Below are positions 28,775-36,744 of a DNA stretch of 64,000 bases, in pieces. Under the pieces are notes generated by a model. It was not told the DNA's origin. It worked only from the letters and a program-made list of their open reading frames with translations, and ran no database searches. Positions within the stretch are counted from its first letter, which is position 1, and each line of letters starts with the position of its first letter. The DNA lies in assembly GCA_947475545.1 (NCBI GenBank), contig CANJLL010000001.1, forward strand, positions 686,277-750,276. The letters run 5' to 3'. The stretch comes from Chloroflexota bacterium (GTDB lineage: Bacteria > Chloroflexota > Limnocylindria > Limnocylindrales > CSP1-4). A program made the position numbers and the translations under genes.

Positions 28775-29824
28775 GTGGAACGACGGCCGGATCCACCGGG
28801 CCGGCTGGGCGATGTGGTGGTCGCGACGATCCAGGGTCGGCCCGGCGCGGGCCCGCGCCTGCTGCTGATCGGCCACATGGACACGGTCTTCGAGGCGGGC
28901 ACGGCGGCCCAGCGGCCGTTCCTGGTGCAGAACGGGGTGGCGTACGGGCCGGGCGTGACCGACATGAAGGCCGGGCTGCTGGCCGGGCTCCACGCCCTTG
29001 CGGCGCTCCGAGCCCTGGCGGGCGACGCCGGCTGGGCGGGCCTGCCGTTCGAACGCGTGATCTTCATTGCCAACCCCGACGAGGAGATCGGCTCGCCGTT
29101 CTCGGTCGCCACCATCGAGGAGATCGCGGCGGACTCCGACGCCTGCTTCGTCCTGGAGTGCGCCCGGGCCAACGGCGACGTCGTGGACAGCCGCAACGGG
29201 ATGCTGGACCTGCGGCTGACCGTCCGGGGCCGAGCAGCGCACGCGGGGGTGGAGCCGGAGAAGGGCCGGAACGCCATCGTGGCGGCGGCTGACCTGGTGA
29301 CCCGGATCCAGGCGCTCAACGGCCGCTGGCCGGGGGTGACGGCCAACGTCGGGGTGATGCATGGCGGCACCCGCCCGAACATCGTCCCCGACATCGCCGC
29401 GCTGGAGGTGGACGTCCGGGCTGTCACGCCCGAAACGCTGGCGGCTGCCCGGGCGGCCATCGAGGAGATCGCGGCCACGCCGGCGGTCCCGGACGTGACG
29501 GTTGATATGGAGGTCATGGCGAGCAAAGCGTCGATGGAACGGCTGGAGCGATCCGGCCGCCTGATCGACCACACGATCGCGCTGGCGGGCCGGCTGGGGT
29601 TCGCCACCGCCGCAGCGACCACGGGCGGCGCCTCCGATGCAAACACCACGGCGGGCCTTGGCGTGCCCACGATCGACGGGCTGGGCCCGGTGGGCGGCCA
29701 CGATCACGCGCCGGACGAGTACCTGCTGGTGGACTCGATCGTGCCGCGGACCACGCTTCTCGCGGCCCTGCTGCTGGCCACGGGCCGCGACCCGGTCGTC
29801 GGGGGGTGGCGCTCGGGCGGCTGA
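28775..29824 (+). CDS. M20-family metallopeptidase (glutamate carboxypeptidase-like); start unresolved
   Basis: LLLIGHMDTVF, NPDEEIGSP and a dimerisation domain. Homology-like sequence continues upstream to about 28610 with no ATG/GTG/TTG in frame (see findings). Confidence 0.85.
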   Translation: MERRPDPPGRLGDVVVATIQGRPGAGPRLLLIGHMDTVFEAGTAAQRPFLVQNGVAYGPGVTDMKAGLLAGLHALAALRALAGDAGWAGLPFERVIFIANPDEEIGSPFSVATIEEIAADSDACFVLECARANGDVVDSRNGMLDLRLTVRGRAAHAGVEPEKGRNAIVAAADLVTRIQALNGRWPGVTANVGVMHGGTRPNIVPDIAALEVDVRAVTPETLAAARAAIEEIAATPAVPDVTVDMEVMASKASMERLERSGRLIDHTIALAGRLGFATAAATTGGASDANTTAGLGVPTIDGLGPVGGHDHAPDEYLLVDSIVPRTTLLAALLLATGRDPVVGGWRSGG

Positions 29825-29856
29825 TCAGCCGGGCTGATCAGCCCGGCTGATCAGCC
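29819..29856. repeat. Three tandem copies of the perfect 12-bp palindrome ggctgatcagcc at 13-bp spacing
   Basis: Copies at 29819-29830, 29832-29843 and 29845-29856. The first copy contains the M20 stop codon. The array lies between convergent genes. Confidence 0.9.
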
Positions 29857-29881
29857 CGGCCCGGCTCAGCGCAGGCCTGGT

Positions 29882-31204
29882 TCAGCCCAGGGTGAGCGCG
29901 CCCGGGTGGCGGCGGTCGATCCCGGCGGCTTCGGCCGGCGCGTGCGCGCCAAGCTGGCCCAGCGAGGCGCGCGTCTCGTCCGTCAGCAGGTCGATCACGT
30001 GCCGCGGACCGTCCTCGCCGATGGCACCGAGGCCCCACAGGAACGCCTTGCCCGCGAAGGCGGCCCTGGCGCCCAGCGCCAGGGCCCGGACCACGTCGGT
30101 GCCGCTCCGCACGCCCGAATCCATCAGGACCGTCGTCCGTTCGGCCCCGCCGGCCGCCTGGACCGCCCCGACGACCCCCGGCAGCGCGTCGATCGCGGCG
30201 GGGAGCCCCTCCAGCTGCCGGCCGCCGTGGTTGCTGACCCAGATCCCGTCGACGCCCAACTGGACGGCGCGCGCGGCATCCCCCGGGTGGAGGATCCCCT
30301 TGAGCACCAGCGGGCCGCGGTACGCGTCGCGGAACCGCGCCACCTCGTCCCAGGTGTAGGCGCCGCCAATCTCGCGCCGCGCGAACTTCACCAGGTCCAT
30401 CCCCGCGCCGTCCTTCTCGTGGTACGGCTTGAGGTTCCCGAAGCGCGGCTGGCCGTTCTGCATGAGCGCCCGAAGCCAACCCGGCGAGGTGAGGACCTGC
30501 GCGATGGCCTGGGGGCGGCGCATGAACCCCGGGCTGCCGAGACCGACGGCCACCTCGCGTGGGCGGACCGTCCGGACGGGGACGTCCATCGTCAGGACCA
30601 GCGCGTGGGCGCCGGCCTCGGCCGCCCGGCGGGCCAGGTCCAGGCCGATGGCATGGTCGTTGTGCGGCAGGCGGTACAGCTGCTGCCAGTAGACATCGGG
30701 GGCCAGGCGTCCAGCCTCCTCGATGGTCACGCCGCCGGTGGTGGACAGGACCCATGGGACGCGGGCGGCCTGGCAGGCCTGCGCCATCATCCGGTCGGCG
30801 CCGGGCCAGACGATCCCGGGGCCGCCCATGGGGCTGACGCCGAACGGGCCCTTGTAGCTTCGGCCGAAGAGCTCCACGTCGATCGGCGGGAGTGACGGCA
30901 TCACGCCGTAGCGCGGGACCAGGTCGATGGCGTCCAGGGCGGCCCAGTTGTGCTCGATGTTCAGGTCGGCCCCGGCGCCGCCGTCGGCGTATTCGAAGGC
31001 GAACCCGGGGAGGCGTCGGCGCGCGCCGCGACGGAGGTAGCGGATCGTGGGGAACCGCTGGCGGAGCGCGGTGCCGCCGCGGTAGTTGGCCTGGGTGGCC
31101 GCGGCGACGGTGGCCTTGCCGGGTTCCGGGGCGGCGGCGAATGTTGCGTTCGCCGGCTCAGACGCGCCCTGCGCTGGCTTCAGTTCGTTCGGCGTCCCGC
31201 TCAC
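29882..31204 (-). CDS. FMN-dependent alpha-hydroxy-acid oxidase/dehydrogenase (lactate/glycolate/mandelate oxidase family)
   Basis: 440 aa with VSNHGGRQLEG and DSGVRSGTDVVRALALGA motifs. The N-terminal extension makes the start uncertain. Confidence 0.88.
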   Translation of the reverse strand: MSGTPNELKPAQGASEPANATFAAAPEPGKATVAAATQANYRGGTALRQRFPTIRYLRRGARRRLPGFAFEYADGGAGADLNIEHNWAALDAIDLVPRYGVMPSLPPIDVELFGRSYKGPFGVSPMGGPGIVWPGADRMMAQACQAARVPWVLSTTGGVTIEEAGRLAPDVYWQQLYRLPHNDHAIGLDLARRAAEAGAHALVLTMDVPVRTVRPREVAVGLGSPGFMRRPQAIAQVLTSPGWLRALMQNGQPRFGNLKPYHEKDGAGMDLVKFARREIGGAYTWDEVARFRDAYRGPLVLKGILHPGDAARAVQLGVDGIWVSNHGGRQLEGLPAAIDALPGVVGAVQAAGGAERTTVLMDSGVRSGTDVVRALALGARAAFAGKAFLWGLGAIGEDGPRHVIDLLTDETRASLGQLGAHAPAEAAGIDRRHPGALTLG

Positions 31205-31698
31205 GTCCGGCCCTCCCTCGCCCGTTTGGTGCCCGCGCCGCTCGCGCGCCGCGCCACGCCGGGACTGGGGCCATTATCGGGCGCGGCCCGGCGGGCGAAT
31301 CACCGAATTCTCACCCCCATGGCGTTGGCCGAGGATGCGCGACCGCCGAAGCCGGATTGGTCGCCAGATGACCACCAGGTGGTCACGTAGCAAGGAATCG
31401 GCCGCCCCGACGACAGGTGCTGCCTGGTCGACCCTCGTCCGTTCACGCAACGCCATCCTGGTGGGACTCTGGGGGCGCGCTGGGCCTCCCGTCCCACGGG
31501 AGAGAACGATGCAGAAGGCCGTCCGGGAGACCAACTCGGTCGATCGCTCCCGCCGCACGGGAGACACCGACACGAGTCGACGCCCTAAGCGGTCCCATGG
31601 CCCCACGGGAAGGACAACCGCGCGGTTCTGTCCCGCGACGCAGGAACCGGGGCAAGGCGAACGATGACCGGTCGCGCGGCTCCGCCCGACCCGAACCC
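31205..31698 (-). other. 494-bp non-coding, highly structured spacer (candidate ncRNA or long 5' leader)
   Basis: No convincing ORF in any frame. It has multiple hairpins, a 17-nt palindrome, a long-range inverted repeat and UUCG-capped stems on the minus strand (see findings). Confidence 0.35.
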
Positions 31699-32778
31699 CT
31701 AGCTGATCGTCAGCACCGGCTGGCTGTCGCCGGCCGCCGCGCGGATCGACATCCGGGCCGCCACCTGGCTGGCGATCGCCGTGAGCGCCTTCGCCGCGGG
31801 ACCGGGCTCGCGCTGGGCAACCGCGGGGACACCCGCATCGCCGCCCTGGCGGACCCGCACGTCGAGCGGGACCCCGCCCAGGAAGTCGATCTTGTGCTGT
31901 GCCGCAAACTTCTCCCCGCCGCCTCGGCCGAAGATCTCCGTGACCTCGCCGCAGTGCCCGCACACGAAGCCGTTCATGTTCTCGACGATGCCCACGATCG
32001 GCACGTTGAGCCGCTTGAACATCTCCAGCGCCTTGCCGACATCCGCGAGCGCGACCTCCTGGGGCGTCGTGACCAGCACGGCGCCGGAGACCGGCACGGC
32101 CTGCGCCAGCGTCAGCTGCGCGTCCGACGTGCCGGGCGGCATGTCGATGACGAGGTAGTCCAGGTCGCCCCAGTCCACGTCGCGCAGGAACTGCTGGATG
32201 GCGCCACCGATGAGCGGGCCGCGCCAGATGATCGGCTGGCCCTCGGGGACGAAGAACTGGATGGAGATCACCTTCACGCCCCAGCGCGTGAGCGGGTTGA
32301 TCTTGTTGTTGGCGGAGGCCGTGGGCTGGCCTTCGACGCCCATCATCATCGGGATGTTGGGGCCGGTGATGTCGGCGTCCAGAAGGCCGACCGACGCCCC
32401 GGACTGCGCGAGCGCCACGGCCAGGTTCACGGAGACGGAGCTCTTCCCCACCCCGCCCTTGCCGGAGGCCACGGCGATGATGTTCTTGACGCCGGGCACC
32501 AGTTGCTGCGGCTGCGACGGCGCCGCGCGGCGGACCATCGACGACCAGGCGATGTTGACGGCCTCGACGCCGATCGTGGCCAGCTCCGCCTTGGCGTTGG
32601 CCTCCAGCTGGTCCTTGAGGGGACAGGCCGGGGTGGTCAGCTCGATCGTGAAGCCAACCTTGGCCCCGTCGATCGTGATCTCCTTGATCATGTTGCGCGA
32701 GACGAGGTTGCCGCCCAGCTCCGGCTCGGGGACGCGGCTGAGGGCCTCGAGGATCGCGGCTTCGGTGATCGTGGTCAT
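31699..32778 (-). CDS. apbC: Mrp/NBP35-family iron-sulfur cluster carrier ATPase
   Basis: N-terminal DUF59-like domain, deviant Walker A SGKGGVGKS and a CxxC (CGHCG) motif. Confidence 0.92.
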   Translation of the reverse strand: MTTITEAAILEALSRVPEPELGGNLVSRNMIKEITIDGAKVGFTIELTTPACPLKDQLEANAKAELATIGVEAVNIAWSSMVRRAAPSQPQQLVPGVKNIIAVASGKGGVGKSSVSVNLAVALAQSGASVGLLDADITGPNIPMMMGVEGQPTASANNKINPLTRWGVKVISIQFFVPEGQPIIWRGPLIGGAIQQFLRDVDWGDLDYLVIDMPPGTSDAQLTLAQAVPVSGAVLVTTPQEVALADVGKALEMFKRLNVPIVGIVENMNGFVCGHCGEVTEIFGRGGGEKFAAQHKIDFLGGVPLDVRVRQGGDAGVPAVAQREPGPAAKALTAIASQVAARMSIRAAAGDSQPVLTIS

Positions 32779-32888
32779 TGGGCGGGGCCAGTCCCTTCGC
32801 TGAAATCTGTCAGAAGGTGCGTCGATATCCTAGCCGGGGGGTCGGGAATGCGCTTGCCTGCGGCCACGTCGAGCGGTAACCTTTACTC

Positions 32889-33140
32889 ATGAAGCCGCAA
32901 GTAAAGGCTGTGCGTCGTCGCGGGTACACGCGCGTCAGCGCCAAGCACCAGGTGACACTGCCGGTGGACGCCCTCCGACAGGCCGGCATCCAGACAGGTG
33001 ACCGGTTGCGGACGGAAGTTCGCGGCCCAGGCGAGGTCATCCTCATCCGCGATGTGGATCCGGTCGAACAGTTCAGCGGTGCGCTGCCCGACGTCTACCC
33101 GGCTGGCGAGTTCGACGAGCTCCGACGCGAGTGGGACTGA
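32889..33140 (+). CDS. vapB: AbrB/MazE/SpoVT-type antitoxin
   Basis: 83 aa with a swapped-hairpin-like motif (SAKHQVTLPVDALRQAGIQTGDRL). It overlaps the downstream PIN gene by 10 nt. Confidence 0.8.
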   Translation: MKPQVKAVRRRGYTRVSAKHQVTLPVDALRQAGIQTGDRLRTEVRGPGEVILIRDVDPVEQFSGALPDVYPAGEFDELRREWD

Positions 33141-33544
33141 CCGTCCTCGACGCGGGGGTCATCATCGCGATCCTCGACCCCTCGGACGCCCATCGCGACG
33201 CGGCCGCCCACGCGGTTGCCGCCGCCCGACAACGCGGCGACCTGCTGGTCCTCCCCGCCTCCGCCTATGCCGAGTGCCTCGTGTCGCCGTACCGCCGCGG
33301 GCCCGAAGCGGTCGCGGTCGTCGACGCGTTCGTTGATGCCCTGCCTGCACGAATCGAGCCGGCGTCCCGTGCCATCGCCAGCACGGCCGCCGAGCTGCGC
33401 GCCCGCCACGCGGGCCGGCTCCGCCTGCCGGATGCCCTGGTCGTGGCGACGGCCGTGACGCTGCGCGCGGACCTCGTGATCACGACGGATGCAGGCTGGC
33501 CGGAGCTTCGGCTAACGGTCGAGGTTCTCGCCCTGGCTCCGTAG
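33131..33544 (+). CDS. vapC: PIN-domain toxin VapC
   Basis: 137 aa with N-terminal LTVLDAGVIIAILD and the conserved acidic residues. Confidence 0.85.
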   Translation: MGLTVLDAGVIIAILDPSDAHRDAAAHAVAAARQRGDLLVLPASAYAECLVSPYRRGPEAVAVVDAFVDALPARIEPASRAIASTAAELRARHAGRLRLPDALVVATAVTLRADLVITTDAGWPELRLTVEVLALAP

Positions 33545-33610
33545 TTCGCCAGCGATGACAGGTGGAGCCGACGGGCAACCCAGCCCGCGGGTGCGCCGGC
33601 GAGGGCTGCC

Positions 33611-34492
33611 CTACCCCTGCGTGGGCGGCGTCAGCAGCGAGGTGCGGAGCTCCTCGTGGAGCAGGCCGTTGGACGCCACGTAGTTCTTCGTGGTGAGGGA
33701 GCGCGTGCCGGCCAGGTCCGTGACGCGGCCGCCCGCCTCTTCAACCAGCAGCAGGGGCGCCGCGATGTCCCAGGCAGAGAGGCCTTCCTCGATCATCGCC
33801 TCCGCGGCGCCTTCGGCGACAAGCGTGTAGCCCCAGAAGTCGCCGAAGCCGCGCGTCCGCCACGCCGTGGCCAGCAGGTCCCGGAACCCCGGCGCCACGC
33901 CGGACGCCTCGATCGCCGGCCCGTCGCCGTACAGCAGCTGCGCGTCCGGGATGGCCGCCACCTGCGACACGTGGAGCGGCCGCGGCCGGCGCGATCCCAT
34001 CCCCAGCGCCCACGCTCCCCCACCCCGCAGCCCGAACCAGCGGCCGCCCAGTGCCGGCGCCGAGATCACCGCCGCCTGGAGCTCGCCCTCGCGCTCCACC
34101 GCGACCAGCGTCGCGAAGACGGGGACGCCGCGCAGGAAGTTGTGGGTGCCGTCGATGGGATCCAGGTACCAGCGCACGTCGGCGGCGCCGGCCTCCTCGC
34201 CGTACTCCTCGCCCACCAGCCCGTGGCCGGGGAACGCGGCCAGGATCCGGTCGCGCAGCAGCCGCTCGATCTCCTTGTCGACCTCCGTCACGAACGAGCG
34301 GTCGGGCTTGCGCGTGACCACCATGTCCTGGCGGAAGCCGCGCAACGCGACCGCGTCGGCCACGTCGCAGGCCGCCATCGCCAAATCGACCCACGAGCGC
34401 AGCTCGGCCTCGGACCCCTTCCGGAGCGAGGCCGACCAGTCGGGCCCGAACGGGGCCGAAGCCGCCTTCGACCCCGGCTCGCCGTCTGTCAC
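33611..34492 (-). CDS. Inositol monophosphatase family protein (possibly histidinol-phosphatase HisN)
   Basis: Motifs GEEYG, WYLDPIDGT and FGDFWGY. Confidence 0.85.
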   Translation of the reverse strand: MTDGEPGSKAASAPFGPDWSASLRKGSEAELRSWVDLAMAACDVADAVALRGFRQDMVVTRKPDRSFVTEVDKEIERLLRDRILAAFPGHGLVGEEYGEEAGAADVRWYLDPIDGTHNFLRGVPVFATLVAVEREGELQAAVISAPALGGRWFGLRGGGAWALGMGSRRPRPLHVSQVAAIPDAQLLYGDGPAIEASGVAPGFRDLLATAWRTRGFGDFWGYTLVAEGAAEAMIEEGLSAWDIAAPLLLVEEAGGRVTDLAGTRSLTTKNYVASNGLLHEELRTSLLTPPTQG

Positions 34493-34525
34493 CTGGGGGC
34501 CGCGATCACGCGCGATCGCCCCGGC

Positions 34526-35929
34526 TCACTTCGCGGCCTGCGCCACGACCGCCGGGACCGCCCGGTGCAGCTCGACGGGCTTCACGTACTGCTTCACCAT
34601 CGCGCGGCTGCCGACGACCTTGAGGGCGTCCAGCAGGTACGCGATCTTGGCCTTCTGGGCCGCCAGTATCTCGTCCCTCGTGGCTAGGTCCCAGAGCTGC
34701 CGCTTGAACGGGCCGATGGCCTTCTTGCGCGACGTGTACACGAACTGCTCGTCGGTCTGGTCCTTGCCGCGCTCGTCGGCGCAGTTGGCGAAGCACCAGG
34801 CCCAGACCTCCTTGCCCAGTTCGGCCGGGAAGGACGGGTGGTCGTAGAGGGCGTTCTGGAAGCCCGTGGCCAGGTGGATCTCCGCGGTCTCCACGCCCGT
34901 GAAGTGGCCGAATAGCTCGTCGGGCAGCGTGGAGGCGCCGTGCTGGACCGCGCCGGCGATCCCGTATTCGGCCCGGCCAACCTCGCCCAGGCGGCGGAGC
35001 ACCTCGAAGTCCAGCTTGACCTTGGCCACGCCGCCGTCCGGCAGCGGGATGCCGCCGTGGGACGTGCCGGTCTGGACGCTCACCTTGCTGACGCCCAGCG
35101 CACCTGGGGCCAGCTTGTCCAGCTCGCGCCGGTAGCCGTCCAGGTAGGCCCGCAGCTCCGCCTCGTTGGAGTTCTCCTTGCCCACCTCGCCGATCTCGCC
35201 GCCCACGCTGATCGTGACGCCATCGGTCTCCAGGCCCCGGATCAGCGCGGTGAGCTCCGCCGCACGCAGGTAGTTGTGGTGCTGCTGCTCGTCGACCGTC
35301 GCAAAGGAGAGGTCGACCAGCGTGGACGAATCGATGTCGATGTTCCGGTAGCCCGCGTCGATCGCCGTCCGGCACGCCTTGCGGATCTCCTCGGTCATGC
35401 CCTCGGGGTCCGTGGCGTACTTCTTGGCGTTGAACTGGTAGTGGTCGCCCTGGATGAAGACGGGGCCGCGCCACCCGGCCGCGATGGCCCCCGCCAGCAC
35501 CGACGTCGCGTAGTCCATGGGGCGCTGGTAGGTGTAGGTCTGCTCGGAGCGGGCCAGCTCCAGGATCACGGCCGCGCAGTCCGCCTCGTTGGCGGCCTCA
35601 AAGATGATCCGGGCCATGTCGAACGTCTGGGCGCGGATGTTGATCGCCGGGACCGTGAAGCCCGACACCTCGCCGCGGGAGCGGGCGACGTACAGGTCCT
35701 GGATGCTGGCCGATTGGGAGCCCAGTAGCTGGCTGGCCTCCCAGACGATCCAGCGGGCGGCCTCGGCCGCGCCGTCATCCTTGGTGAAGGCCGCCGTCCA
35801 GGCGAGGTCCCGGATGCCGTCGCTACGCAGCCGTGCCTCGTCCTCGATGACCAGACCACCCGCCGCCACGCGGATGATGCCGCGCAGCTGGGCCAGGAGA
35901 TCGGCGGCGGATTCGGCGACGTGCGGCAT
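34526..35929 (-). CDS. Class II fructose/ketose-bisphosphate aldolase family protein (long form)
   Basis: 467-aa internal start MPHVAESA with GAAGGAG upstream. It has the F_bP_aldolase-like core (FIQGDHYQF, HGASTLP). Confidence 0.8.
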   Translation of the reverse strand: MPHVAESAADLLAQLRGIIRVAAGGLVIEDEARLRSDGIRDLAWTAAFTKDDGAAEAARWIVWEASQLLGSQSASIQDLYVARSRGEVSGFTVPAINIRAQTFDMARIIFEAANEADCAAVILELARSEQTYTYQRPMDYATSVLAGAIAAGWRGPVFIQGDHYQFNAKKYATDPEGMTEEIRKACRTAIDAGYRNIDIDSSTLVDLSFATVDEQQHHNYLRAAELTALIRGLETDGVTISVGGEIGEVGKENSNEAELRAYLDGYRRELDKLAPGALGVSKVSVQTGTSHGGIPLPDGGVAKVKLDFEVLRRLGEVGRAEYGIAGAVQHGASTLPDELFGHFTGVETAEIHLATGFQNALYDHPSFPAELGKEVWAWCFANCADERGKDQTDEQFVYTSRKKAIGPFKRQLWDLATRDEILAAQKAKIAYLLDALKVVGSRAMVKQYVKPVELHRAVPAVVAQAAK

Positions 35930-36103
35930 GGCGGGCTCCTTCGGCGGCGTGGTCTCACGGTTTTGCGGCCGCTCGCGACGACCCGCGGCGGTTCCTGCCC
36001 AGATGGTACCGAAGGCGGGGCCGCCGGCGACAGCCGAACGGCCCGGATCCCGGCGGGAATCGGTGGGCCGGGCTCGCAACGCCCGCGGGCAGGCGCGCGG
36101 CCC

Positions 36104-36120
36104 GGCCCGTTGAGCGGGCC
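36104..36120 (-). terminator. Hairpin downstream of the DUF2269 gene (GGCCCG-CUCAA-CGGGCC)
   Basis: 6-bp GC stem about 10 nt after the stop codon. There is no U-tract. Confidence 0.3.
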
Positions 36121-36130
36121 GATGAGCGAC

Positions 36131-36616
36131 CTAGAAGGTGGGCTTGAGCACCATCAGGGCGATGATCAGCGTGATCAGCACGGTGATCAGCATGCCACCC
36201 CGCCGGATCGACTTGATGAGCTCGGCGGCGCCGGGCGGCGGGCCTGGGGGCGCGTCCGCGGGGCGCGGCTTGGACGTCAGCTCGATGATCGCGTGGACCT
36301 TCTTGCGCTGGATGGCCGTGGCGTAGCCGAACGTGATCACGTACAGGATGATCCCGCTGATGAGCCAGCGGCCACGGGGCTCGGTGAGATTCCACGGCGC
36401 CAGGGCGATCAGGAGCACGCCCGTCACCGCCTGGAGCACGGCGAGAGGGATCGTGAACCGGTCGCTGATCGCCGCGCTGACGCGCGTGCCGAAGTTGGCG
36501 TGCATCGGCTCCTTGGCGCCCATCGCACCAATGAGCGGGTAGACGTACACGGGCCCGAAGGCGACGACGGCTCCCAGGACGTGGATCAGCAGGAGCCAGG
36601 GAACCAGGTTCGGCAT
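36131..36616 (-). CDS. DUF2269-like membrane protein
   Basis: 161 aa with 4 TM helices. The family assignment is from memory. Confidence 0.6.
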   Translation of the reverse strand: MPNLVPWLLLIHVLGAVVAFGPVYVYPLIGAMGAKEPMHANFGTRVSAAISDRFTIPLAVLQAVTGVLLIALAPWNLTEPRGRWLISGIILYVITFGYATAIQRKKVHAIIELTSKPRPADAPPGPPPGAAELIKSIRRGGMLITVLITLIIALMVLKPTF

Positions 36617-36744
36617 ACGGATCCTCCATCGCGCTCAAGGCACGCCCGGACGCAGGGGTACGGCTGAGCCGGGCTCAGGATAGCGAAGCCGGCCGGCCGG
36701 GGGAATGCGTCGGCTACGTGGCCCGACCGGCGGCGCGCATCGGG

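Noticed and set aside
31274-31456. Small Arg-rich ORFs starting MAL... at the shared motif (31274..31456 and 41408..41689, minus strand)
   Set aside because: There is no proper SD spacing. Composition is dominated by Arg, and by a tandem repeat in the second ORF. Similarity between the two loci continues with non-triplet indels, favouring a non-coding element. This is not fully excluded.
31205-31698. Attempted assignment of the structured spacer to RNase P RNA, tmRNA, SRP RNA, or a cobalamin, glycine or ZTP riboswitch
   Set aside because: The universal signatures are absent or only partially mimicked: GGAAAGUCCGG for RNase P, a tRNA-like end with CCA for tmRNA, GGAAGCAGCC for SRP, and the B12 box. 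Plus-strand riboswitch readings also have no downstream plus-strand gene.
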